Below, one piece after another: positions 1-11,444 of a DNA stretch of 64,000 bases; position 1 is the first letter of the stretch; the number at the start of each line of letters is the position of its first letter. This DNA comes from Octopus sinensis (lineage: Eukaryota). Under the pieces are notes generated by a model. The model had not been told where the DNA came from, made no database searches, and saw nothing but the letters and a program-made list of their open reading frames with translations. Where the stretch lies: assembly GCF_006345805.1 (NCBI RefSeq), contig NC_043014.1:23808001-23872000 (forward strand), given 5' to 3'. The position numbers were made by a program, and so were the translations under genes.

Positions 1-25
1 CATGTCTGTAATTATTTTTACTGTT

Positions 26-27
26 TA

Positions 28-74
<47 letters not shown>

Positions 75-112
75 TATATTATATATATATATATATATCC
101 ATCGTATATATA

Positions 113-152
<40 letters not shown>

Positions 153-209
153 ATCGTATATATCCATTGTATATATTATAATATATATATATATATATGT
201 ATATCCATC

Positions 210-253
<44 letters not shown>

Positions 254-560
254 ATCGTATATACATATATATATCCATTGTGTATATATATATATATATA
301 TATATATCCATCGTATATATATATATATATATATCCATCGTATATATATATAATATATATCCATTGTATATATATATATATATATCCATTGTATATATAT
401 ATATATATATCCATTGTATATATATATATATATATCCATTGTATATATATATATATATATCCATTGTATATATATATATATATATCCATTGTATATATAT
501 AATATATTATATATATATATATCTATATATATATATATCCATCGTATATATATATATATC

Positions 561-596
<36 letters not shown>

Positions 597-896
597 TTAT
601 ATATATATATACCTATATATATACATATCCATCGTATAAATATATATATTTATTTATATATATATACATATATATATACATATCCATCGTATAAATATAT
701 ATATTTATTTATATATATATACATATATATATACATATCCATCGTATAAATATATATATTTATTTATATATATATATACATATATATATACATATATATA
801 TACATATATATATATATACATTTATATATAGAGGGCATTGTATTTATTTATATATACATATATATATACAATATATATATATACATATATATATAC

Positions 897-932
<36 letters not shown>

Positions 933-952
933 TTATTTATATATATATATAC

Positions 953-984
<32 letters not shown>

Positions 985-1131
985 TTATTATATATATATA
1001 TACAATATATATATTTATTTATATATATATATATACATATATATACATATATATATATACATATATATATATATTATATATATATAATATATATTATATA
1101 CATATATATAGATAGATAGATAGATAGATAT

Positions 1132-1194
<63 letters not shown>

Positions 1195-1232
1195 TTATCC
1201 GGATTATATTGAGAGTGTATATATATATATAT
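26..1232. repeat. Compound microsatellite: (TA)n punctuated by CCATCG/CCATTG units, then (TA)n/TACA, then (GATA)n
   Basis: Directly visible; the Y/I-rich ORFs here are repeat artefacts. Confidence 0.97.
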
Positions 1233-2329
1233 ACAACCAACCAAAACCGAGTGTTTTACAGTGGTAAAAAAAAACTAAACATTTTATAAAAGCTACATGA
1301 CGTCTCTAAATCAATTAATTTGTATAAATATATTTCTGTAGTTTCCAAGTATCCAAAAGACCACATAAAAATTAAACATCATCGTTTGAAAAATTTACTA
1401 ACATTAATAAGTACTGTGCCTCTTGAAGAACTAATATACCAAAATGAAAATAATGATTGTGTAGATACATATATAACTTATACATCAGAAAATCGACGAA
1501 ACTGAGTTACTACCTTTATAATTTTACAAGAACTTGAAAGAATTGTTAATGAGAAGGAAAATTATATTAAACGTCAAAAATGAAAGAGACACAAACAGAC
1601 CATGTTTAGTGAATACGAAATTTCGATTTGGGTTATTTCATGACATACAGAAAGAAACGGGAAAGAACAGTGAATAATATTTTACCTTGCAATATCAGTA
1701 TTTAAATATTGTCCATCCTAAGAGGTTATTAACTATCTCATAGTGTTCAGCTTTCAACAACTGAACCTCTTTCCTCCATTAACAACAGGAACGTAGCAAT
1801 AGTTGTTGGATTTAGCCATTCGACTACTACGGGTGCTCAAAAGTGATATATGTATCACTAATACATATATTAATTTACCATCAACTCTCACTTCCTCGTC
1901 ATCATATGAACAAAGATCGTTTTAAAACATAGAGAGACAGAAAGAGGACTCGATGGAAATTCAAATGAGTTGATTCCGAATTCATTTCTTTGTAAAGGGG
2001 AATAAATTCACGGAAGTAATGTTATTACTAAAAAGAAGCTGACTCAATTTGGAGTGACTTTCATTTTAGTCAATCTTAATGAATGGCAGCTAAATAAATA
2101 AATAAATAACTATTTCTAATGCATGAATGAATGGATAAAGATAATATTAAAGTGAACAAAAATAATGTATTTTTATGAACCACTGTTAATTGGTCAATAA
2201 CTAATTGGTTGAAATTGTTTTCTATTAAAACGCAGCTTTTTCCTTTTAGAGTACTACTTAGAATTTTTCGTAAGTATATACATATATGCACACTCGTATG
2301 TGTGCGTGCGTGACATTGTTGTCGTGTCC

Positions 2330-2480
2330 AGTGACCGTGACATAAACAAGGCACCCATGCTGGTGTCACATGAAAGACACCAGTAGATTCTGCAGAGTAG
2401 ATTCTGCAGACGGTCAAACCGTCTTACACGTGCTAGCATGGAAAACAGACGCTAAATGATAATGATGATGATGATGACGA
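2330..2480 (+). mobile_element. RTE-LINE 3' UTR/SINE-like tail fragment
   Basis: catgctagcatggaaaacagacgctaaatgat(gat)n matches the 3' tail of the long RTE copies in this window. Confidence 0.7.
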
Positions 2481-2584
2481 CAATATATAACAAGTACAAG
2501 GGTATTATTAAATCCAAGTTGGATCATAAGTCAGCATTCCTGTGAATACAGCTTAACAGAATGTGCAGAAGTGAAACCATTCGT

Positions 2585-2830
2585 ACAGACTGAAATTCCA
2601 GATATAATGAGTTTTTTCCATGAAGGTCACAGAGAAAGTCATAATCAAAGAGATCCATGAAAGAGTAGACCTATATGAGATGCAATTTGGTTTTGTCCCC
2701 AGCAGAAACTCCAGAGACATAATCTTTCTAGTAAGGTAACAGGACAAGAAATACCTTATTAAGAATAAATCTCTATTCCTGGCTTCTGTTGATTTGGAGA
2801 AAGCAATTGACATGGTACCTGCCACTCGCT
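2585..2830 (+). pseudogene. Degraded RTE reverse transcriptase fragment
   Basis: + frame reads approximately EMQFGFVPSRNSRDIIFLVR*..LASVDLEKA, homologous to the RT at 34952-36322. Confidence 0.8.
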
Positions 2831-3149
2831 GTCCTGCATCCCCCAACTCATGGTTCTTTATTTCACCTGTCTTCAAGCCCTACTCATTCTGGCAGTCTGC
2901 CTTCCCATACAATCTTGCAACCCCCACCCACTCAACCATCCACTCCTAGCCACCTTGTACCTTGCAGGGCCACCTAAGCACCTTATTAGCATTATCTATC
3001 TCTTGTTCTCTCCCACTACTTTTCTCATATTAGATGTGAGTAGTCATGAACTTGATCTGCCCTTCCCCTTTCTCATAGTAATCCCCTTATCCCTTAGCAT
3101 GAAGCTGATCCTCCCACTTCCTTCAGGGTTCGTAGTCATGTGAGCAGCA

Positions 3150-3358
3150 TGGTGACCTTAACATGTACAGGTGCCATAAAAAAGCACTCAGTCCATGCTG
3201 TTAAGTGGTTGGCATTTGGAAGGTCATCCAGTCATAGTAACCATGCCAAAGCAGACATTGGAGTATGATGCAGTCCTTGGACATCATCAGATCTTTGTCA
3301 AACTTCCCAACCCATGCCAACATGAACATTTAACTGAGGATGATGTTGATGATGATGT
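3150..3358 (+). mobile_element. Diverged RTE 3' UTR-related SINE-like repeat
   Basis: aaaaagcactc..gtggttggcatt..ccaacccatgcc..(gat)n tail. Confidence 0.6.
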
Positions 3359-3710
3359 ATTAAGTCCAAGAATTGACTGACATTTATTGGTGTGACATTT
3401 ATTCTTTACTTACATGTGCTTTAACAGTACATGGCAGATATATTTCTTTTCATGAAAATAAATTTAAGTAAAAATATAAATTGTTTGTACAGTTCCAACA
3501 TATTACATATGATCCACATACATCTCTTCAGACAAGATTAAATGAGGGTTAAAGAGAGAGAGGGGGGGTGGAAATAGAGATAGTTACACAGACAAGCAGA
3601 CAAATAGTACCAAAGAGCAAGCTCCTTGAAAATTGAGTTTACATCTCGTTTGATTTCCAGATCTATTCCTTTATTATTTTTTTTTTATTTACACAACTAA
3701 TATCTCATTT

Positions 3711-4815
3711 CTATAACCCCATGGGGATATTCAAGCCGGTAGTCTGGCCCATATGACGTGGGTCTTTGAACTTATGGGGGATACAGTACTGTCTCAGAGT
3801 TGGCACATGCACTGTCATCTCGCACACCATGGAAGAAAATTTGCTCTCAAGGTGGAGTTGATATCCATGAGTGATGTGGACTACCGGGACTACCAGGACG
3901 TAGAGGTTGGGAGAGGAGTCGCGGTGACGGACCTGGCCTACGCAGACAACATCGTACTGATGGGTGCAAGCAAGGAGGATGTCCAAGCAGCTCTCGAAGG
4001 GGTTCAAACAGCAGCAGCCGTGGTTGGTCTCCGAATCAATGCCGCCAAGTCGAAGGTGATGAGGGCGTTGGTTCCGACTGACATCTGGCAGCCAATATCT
4101 CTCACAGGCGAGGACTTGGAGGATGTGAAGTCTTTCATCCACTTGGGCTCAACAGTAATCCCAAACGGTCAGGGTGCAGCTGAGGTTGATCATCACATCA
4201 ATGCTGCTCGATCTGCCTTTGGATGCCTAAAGCAGTATCTGTGGGACCGAAGGGAGATCTTATCGGTGACCAAAGGGCGAATATATCAGGCTGTCGTTCG
4301 TACAGTACTTCTCTATGGCTGCAAAACGTGGCCTATGCGGGTGGTCGATCAACGAAAGCTGGAAGTCTTCGACAATTACTGCCTCTGGTGCATTCTTCAC
4401 TGCCGTCGGGCAGATCAAGTTCCCACTGCCAATCTCCGACTTCGCCTGTCTCTGCGGCCCCTTCCATCTGTCTTTCTGCAACAGCGCTTGCAGTGGTTTG
4501 GCCATGCATGTAGGCGTCCGGTGGGTGAACTGTGCCGTGATGTCCTTCTCCCAACTCCACTTCCCAACTGGCAGAAATGCGCAGGTGGGCAGCTGAAGAC
4601 CTGGGTTGCAACGATCAAGGAGGACCTCTCCGTGCTCACGGGACCGCAGGTGGTCAGCCTCTGCCGATGGAACCATGACTGGCTCGCTATCTCCAGTGAA
4701 CTGGCGCAGGACCGTCGTGCATGGGCTGCCATGGTTCGAGATGCCTCGAGGGTGCTAGAAGAAGCTGACTCAACCTGCCCAGGGTGAATGTCGCCACAAG
4801 TACAAGTAAGTAAGT
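3711..4815 (+). mobile_element. 5'-truncated GC-rich RTE-clade LINE (second family), C-terminal RT ORF 3753-4787
   Basis: 344-aa ORF with LAYADNIVL (YADD), HLGS, VLLYGCKTW, LQWFGH..R, QDRRAW; ends in caagtacaagtaagtaag tail. Confidence 0.9.
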
Positions 4816-5289
4816 GATGTGGTATAGACTAAGAAAAAAAAAGACTTGAACATCATAAATCCTCAACCCTGTTCTTCTCTTGAGGATTTATGATTCTTGG
4901 GTGAGTGTCTTTAGCTGAGTTCATTCTGTTTTAAGTATGATTCAGGTCTCTGGTATGAAAATAACCTCCTTTACATTAGTTACAAGTCCTAAAAAGTCTC
5001 TGCTTTTCATCCTCTAAGTTATTAATACAAAAAAATAAGTAGTCAATAGGACTGATCATCCATCAATGGATACCTGATAAACAAAAGGTTGCGTATTTGA
5101 ATTTTATATACTGCATTATGGAGCAGTACAATATTCATTGATATTAATTTTTGAACATATATAAGGTGGCAGGCTAGCAGAATCATTAGCACACTGGGCA
5201 AAATTTATCCAATAAAGAAACAGTTGACCTCTAATTAAGAAACAATATAACTTCATAGGTATTTAGATAATAATAACTGTATAATGTCA

Positions 5290-5556
5290 CATCACATGAT
5301 CACATGACCAACCAAGCTATCAGATGTTGTTACACATTGCTGGTCACAATGCATTCTGCATTGTTTTAGCCTTCAAATGACACCACCTCTCTGGCTAGGC
5401 AAGCAGGCCAACATTCCCCTCTGATCAAAAGGGGGACTGGAGCAACATGAAGTGAAGTGTTTTCCTCAAGAACACAATGTGCTGCCCAATCAGGGAATTG
5501 AACCCATGATCTAGTGATTGTGAATGCAACAGCCTAACCATTAGGCCATGTGCCTT

Positions 5557-5560
<4 letters not shown>
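5290..5560 (-). mobile_element. tRNA-derived SINE
   Basis: Minus strand has A-box-like TGGCCTAATGG and B-box-like GGTTCAATTCC followed by a CORE-like cattgtgttcttgagg..acacttcac segment. Confidence 0.7.
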
Positions 5561-5603
<43 letters not shown>

Positions 5604-5625
5604 ACATATAGATATACATATATAA

Positions 5626-5656
<31 letters not shown>

Positions 5657-7817
5657 CATATAAACACATGCTTGACTTTAAAGGAAGGTCTTCCATAAAA
5701 GTGTTTTATCCATGTATGTGTAAGCAATAGCATTAATGAATAGTCCATATGGATCAATCAATAGCCACACAATCATTGCACAAGGTGAGAGTAACAACAG
5801 GAGCTTATGAATTTAGTTTTTGAAATATTATATTCTGTCTGAAGAAACAGCTTTGAATGTAGTTCAGGAAAATTTTTCAACATATTGTTCGACATTAAAA
5901 CAGTGGTGCCCCAGCATGACTGCAACTTAAAAACTGAAACAGTTTAAAGAATTTTAAAAATATCAATAGCCAAATACTGAATGCGCCATTTCAGTGCCAT
6001 GGAATCAGACATCAAGAAAGCTTGTACTTGTTTTGAAGTACTTATTCTTGTACTCAGTATTTTTCATATTGTGGGGGTAGCATAGCATTGAGTCCCTATG
6101 GTCTGTAGTTTGTGTACAATTTATCAAGAACTGTTCATGTAGCAACTTCTTTCCTGTGATACACAATATTGAAAGGTTCTTTTTATCCCTTCTTTTTCAA
6201 CCATCTTCTCCATAGACTGCAATGATTTTGGAAATTCTCATTTGGGTTGAGTTGAGTTGGTGGAGTATGTTATGTAAACTATATATATATTCAAGATAGT
6301 TAGATGTGTCCATGATACTTCCACTTAGACTTCTTTTGCTTGATAAAACCATTGCCTGACATTTGGGTGGCTCAAATGTCACCTTTCAGTTATCTAGCAA
6401 GGATTTCACTTAGGCAGAATTCCATTAAAGCTTTTTAGTTTTCAGAATGACATGTTATAAGTTTCTCTCTCTCCCTCTCTCTTTCTCTCGTCAAGATGAC
6501 CAATGTGATTTGAATTTTAAAATTCTACAAAACATATTTTTGATTAGAATATTCACAGGCTTCTCCTGAGCAATGATAGGATTGACTTCAGTCAGACAGA
6601 CTAAGGAAATAGTCACTGATTTATGATTATCTATATCAGCATAGATAGAATAGAAAGCATAAAATGGAATTGTATTGAATCCATATATGTCTGTTATTTA
6701 GTTTATTGATCTTTGCTTGGTCAAAAGGTAATGGCTCTTCTAGTAGAATTAGACTTGTCATACTATTGTATGACAAACCTAATTGTTTTATTAAATGTTG
6801 ATTTATTTTGATCTCAAGAAGGGAATACACTATGCTTGTTTCTATTGCAGTTTCTCTGAAACCACAAAACATTATGTGTTAATGTTTCACTTGAACAAAG
6901 AAAACTATGAGCAGAGAGGAATTCTAAAGAACCAATGTTCTTGAAAAATTCAAAGAAAAAAAAAGGACTGGCCAGTTAATGCAGGGCTTGAGAGAAAAGT
7001 GGAGGTTCACAATATGGGTAATAATAAAAGGAAAGGTGAGTGGGCTGGAAATGCTGAGTGGGGGCCCTCAACCAGCCAGCTCCAAGGAAAAAACATTAAT
7101 GTAGACACTGTAGAAAAGGCAGGGGGAGAAGAATTAAAACGATTGTCCATCACCTCAATCTCACAATCACCCAATGCTTGGGGTGGTTTCAAAAATATTT
7201 AGAGGGTTATGCCAGTTTTACCTTGAAGTGATGTATATAATCCAGGAAATGTGCATATATTTCCATTTTTCTTTCATTTTCTTTGTTTACTGTTGTAAAT
7301 TGCTCTTGTAATGCACAAACACAAACATGTACTTACATACAACAAAATGTACGTACTTGCACACATGTATGCATAGGTAGGTAGGTGGGTTGGTAGTTAA
7401 GTAATATTCTTAAAAATTAAGTCTCTATAAATCAAAGCTTTCAATCCTGATGTGATTTCTACCTTAAACAGTTTTACTTGGCTTTAAATACTCTTGAAAA
7501 TAATATACCATTTCTCCAAAAATGAACTTTGCATTGGTTAAAACAATCAATATCAATTCCTTTTCTTTGTTGCTTATACAACAAATTTCTCTTTTTTTTC
7601 ATTCTCTCCTGGGTTTTACAATCCCAATTACAGCTGAATATCAGTACTATTTTCATGGCGGGTGGAGAGGATACAGTGAGGGAGATAATATTTTGGAAAT
7701 AATTGTTCTGCAGACTAAAGAATCCTGAAAAAACAGGCACTTCTGTGCTTCCATATTTTGCGGTGGAGGTTTTGTTTTTCATTTTTTAGAAATAGTTGGC
7801 CTGAAAGAGATTTTTAC

Positions 7818-7968
7818 CAAAGGATCGATATGTTTGTCACGCTGTTCGTTAAATAACTCGATGCTCTTTGAACAGTGGCGACTTTGTTGCTCTGCAAAAG
7901 AGATGTTGCATGACTCATAGGTCGAAACATTATTGACAAATTCCTTAACGACATACTCAGGAATGTTG
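7818..7968 (-). CDS. Candidate orphan coding exon (NIPEYVVKEFVNNVSTYESCNISFAEQQSRHCSKSIELFNEQRDKHIDPL)
   Basis: 151-nt stop-free frame bounded by tattttag acceptor and gtaaaa donor; no partner exon or domain recognised. Confidence 0.3.
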
Positions 7969-8169
7969 CTAAAATACAGATATAATGTTGTATTGGGAAT
8001 ATATTATTTAGTTAATGTATGTTTTAACAAATACAATCCAAATATAATAAGCAAAAGTAGAACTAATTTAAATAAACGATGTTACTGAGAACTCGTAAAT
8101 GCTTGAAGTGAAACTAACTACATTGAAATGTTACCAAAGCAACCAACACGCGTATTCCCTACCTCAACT

Positions 8170-8178
8170 ATATATACG

Positions 8179-8248
<70 letters not shown>

Positions 8249-8320
8249 GTATATATATGCACATATACATACACACACACATATATATGTGTGTGTGTAT
8301 ATATATTTATATATATATGT
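8170..8320. repeat. (TA)n/(CA)n/(TG)n microsatellite
   Basis: Directly visible. Confidence 0.95.
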
Positions 8321-8698
8321 GGTGAATGCACACGAACATATACATACAAATATACGTCGTTGAATTTACAAATAGGATGAAAAATAGTCTGTATTGTAAG
8401 GAAGTAGACTTTTTACTAAGTATACACTGAGTTTACTCTCTTGCTTATCCAAGTTACGTGATTCTTTGCTAATCACGAAGAATCTGGAGATTAAAGTAGC
8501 AACAGAAAGTAACATACATTTTGTGTATATATGAGACACAGTTTTACGAAGTGAAGTTGTGCTGTAATGATCCTTCTTAGACAACAAAATATAGTGATTT
8601 TCAACGTCTTGCTTGCCTGGCTGAGGCTCACTTTGTTACGTTTATGTATTTATTTTGCAAGATTCCTGATGTGAAATCGTGTGTTGAAACATATTATA

Positions 8699-8926
8699 CA
8701 GGGTGTTCAAGAAATTTCTCCGCAGTAAGTATTTTATTGAAAAATATATACTAATAAGATGGTATAAAACTACAAGACTTTAAAAAATTTAATAAGAGGT
8801 ATTGAAAGTGTCGTCCTTCGTTTTCAGTACACAAGTTAACTCTTCTACACATGTTTTGAAATACATCTTAGAGAGTTTGACGCGGTATGGACCGCGTGAT
8901 TGCGGAGAGACGTTTTGAACACCCTA
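8699..8926. mobile_element. Tc1/mariner-type MITE
   Basis: Imperfect TIRs CAGGGTGTTCAA..TCTCCGCA / TGCGGAGA..TTGAACACCCT(A); TA on both sides. Confidence 0.8.
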
Positions 8927-9075
8927 TATTTCAGAATTATGTTTGCCTATTATCAGAAATAACCCGGGGATTATAGAATAATCTAAATAAAATAACAACA
9001 ATGATAAATCTCAAGTAAAGAACGAATATATAGTGTTTATTTGGCAAAAAAAAAATCTCGAAATATAACAATGCA

Positions 9076-9457
9076 CAGGCGTGACTGTGTGGTAAGAAGC
9101 TTGCTTCAGAACCACATGGTTCCAGGTTCAGTCCCACTGCATGGTACCTTGGGCAAATGTCTTCTACTATAGCCTTGGGCAAACCAAAGCCTTGTGAGTG
9201 GATCTGGTAGACGAAAGCTGAAAGAAGCCAGTCGTATATGTGTGTGTGTGTGTGTATGTGTGTCTCTGTTCCACCACCACCACTATCGGTTAATAACTGA
9301 TGTTGGTGTGTTTATGTCCCTGAAACTTAGTGGCTCAGCAAAAGAGACTGACAGAATAAGTACTGGGCTTACAAAGAATAAGTCCTGGGGTTGATTTCTT
9401 TCACTAAAGGTGGTACTCCAGCATGGTCTCAGTCAAATGACTGGATCATGTAAAAGA
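9076..9457 (+). mobile_element. tRNA-derived SINE (octopus OK/OR-like), internal (TG)n
   Basis: gtgtggtaagaagcttgct..ggttcagtcccactgc head; same family at 31805 and 46323. Confidence 0.85.
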
Positions 9458-10140
9458 GGAAAATACTAGTATGAACATGCTATCTTTAAGATAGCATATT
9501 TTACATTGATTTTATATCATTGTTTCATATATTCCTACAGTGAAAATGCATAATTATACACATGGCATGCAGGTGAGAATAGTGTTCAATGAAGGGTGGT
9601 GTGTGCAGAGCAAATGAAGATAATTGTTTCACTTTTTAGGTATGATTTAAGGAAGATTTGGCTGCTATTGAAAGAGATAATATGCATTATTAAAGTATAC
9701 TGGAATTATTACTGAATATATCTTTCATGTATATTGTTACTGCAACTATTACATGTTATACTTAGGTCTTCTTAGATTCTTGTATAATTCCTAGGTTATT
9801 CCTGACAGGTACATTTGTTTCATTGGAAAATCATACAAATTATGCTCTAAAAGTCTGGCATCTTCGTAATGGTTGTGATGGATCTGCATTGTTTATTGTT
9901 TGTGTGACTGGATAAATATCTATCTGAAAATATCAATAAATGTAAATGAATACTAATTTTGAAAGAAACTGTTAAAATTGATATGAAAAAGTTAATATAC
10001 TTAAAGCAAAAGAAATATATGTACCTGGATGAATATGTTTTTGAATCTATTGCTGTATATTGTTACTGATTATTATGTATCTGCTGAATCTTTTTGTTTT
10101 TTGATGGGGGTAGTTATGTAATTTATTCTCAATTCAAGTC

Positions 10141-10620
10141 ATAATCATCATCATTTAATGTCCATTTTCCATGCTGGCATAGGTTGGACAGTTTGATAGG
10201 AGCTAGTAAGACAAAAAACTATGTCAGACTCCAGTGTCTACTTGGCATGGTTTCTATAGCTATATGCCCTTCCTAATATCAGCCACTTTACAGAATGTAC
10301 TGTGAGCTTTTGATGTGGCAGCAGCACAGTGGCATAGTTTCTTCAGCTGGATACCCCTTGTAATGCCAACCATTTTTACATGACATCAGCACCAGTGGGG
10401 TCTCCAAGTAACTTTCAAGAGCAAGATTCCTTGAGTGGGAAGAAGTTAAAGAATAATAGACGAACAGAGATAAGTGTCTTACTATTGAGGAGATACATGG
10501 TAACTCAGTTAGGAATGAAAGGTTAGAAAGTGAGCGAGAGAGAGAGGAAGATAGGGAAACATAGCTACCCCAATTGGGAAAGCAAACAAAGCGAGAATGG
10601 AGGATAAAGAGAGGTTTGTA
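10141..10620 (-). mobile_element. Composite repeat with RTE-type (GAT)n tail
   Basis: catcatcatttaatgtccattttccatgctggc start; related to 48857-49620. Confidence 0.6.
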
Positions 10621-11020
10621 CACCCAACATATTTGATGGTTCAACTTGTGTTATAGCAGCTTACAATAAGTTAAACTGCTTTCAAATTTCAAATTCACCC
10701 CATGCTTTTTAAATGATTGTTTTGTTGTTACCATATTTTGTAATTTGTGTATGATGCCAAGCCTTATGTGTTAACAAATACAGTTTGTTGTTGTGCATGG
10801 CTGAAATCTCTATTGTTGGTTTCATATTTCATTGTCAGAAGCCTTTCTAAATGAGAATTTCTTAGCAAGTATATTCTTTCTGGAATGTTTGTCATATTGG
10901 TGCACTGTTTGTGGGACTTTCTGAATTAAATTCCTCGATATATAAAGATGAAAACTCAGTATGTAGTGTGTTTTGTTTGATGCAGTATGTATTCGAGTTT
11001 TTGTATTTATATGTCAATAG

Positions 11021-11120
11021 CAATTCTCACTGATGAGCCATAGACAGTTTAATGCATTGATTGATTAATTAATTTAGTGTATTTAATCACTTAGGGCGAA
11101 ACTTCGAAGTACAGGAATGA
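11021..11120 (+). ncRNA. Type I hammerhead ribozyme motif (Penelope/retrozyme-like), decayed stem I
   Basis: CTGATGA 11030-36; stem II GCC/GGC; GAAA 11098-11101; palindromic stem III ACTTCGAAGT; GUA cleavage triplet; stem I caattct(ca)/(ca)ggaatg. Confidence 0.65.
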
Positions 11121-11282
11121 CTAATCATTTTTTAATTCTATCAAATTGCCCTACCTGTCTACATTCAATGTGCCAAAATAAGAATAGCTTTTCATGGTTT
11201 GCGATTTAACTCCCATTTTTAGCATGATGGAAATCCACTTAGTGGCTTTCCCTCAGTGTATAACTCTTATACACACACGCAC

Positions 11283-11318
<36 letters not shown>

Positions 11319-11339
11319 ATTCAATCCTGGAAACCTTGT

Positions 11340-11440
11340 GCACACTCTTAACAAAACAACATACTGTTGTCCGTGTGTGAATACGGGCTTTGGTAAATAT
11401 TAAGCAATTTTTTCAAATGTTTGTCCTTGCCATTGCTAGT
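11340..11440 (-). pseudogene. Helitron PIF1-helicase C-terminal motif, split off by the piggyBac insertion
   Basis: Minus frame QGQTFEKIA*YLPKPVFTHGQQYVVLLRV resembles the SQGQT...VFSHGQLYVA.SRV motif. Confidence 0.85.
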
Positions 11441-11444
11441 TTAA

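Noticed and set aside
18-1119. Many Y/I-rich ORFs (also near 8100-8380, 53250-53590)
   Set aside because: Translations of (TA)n microsatellites
1320-1583. Protein-like frame SKYPKDH..RRN*VTT..KRQK*
   Set aside because: Internal TGA, no recognised domain, no clear splice partner
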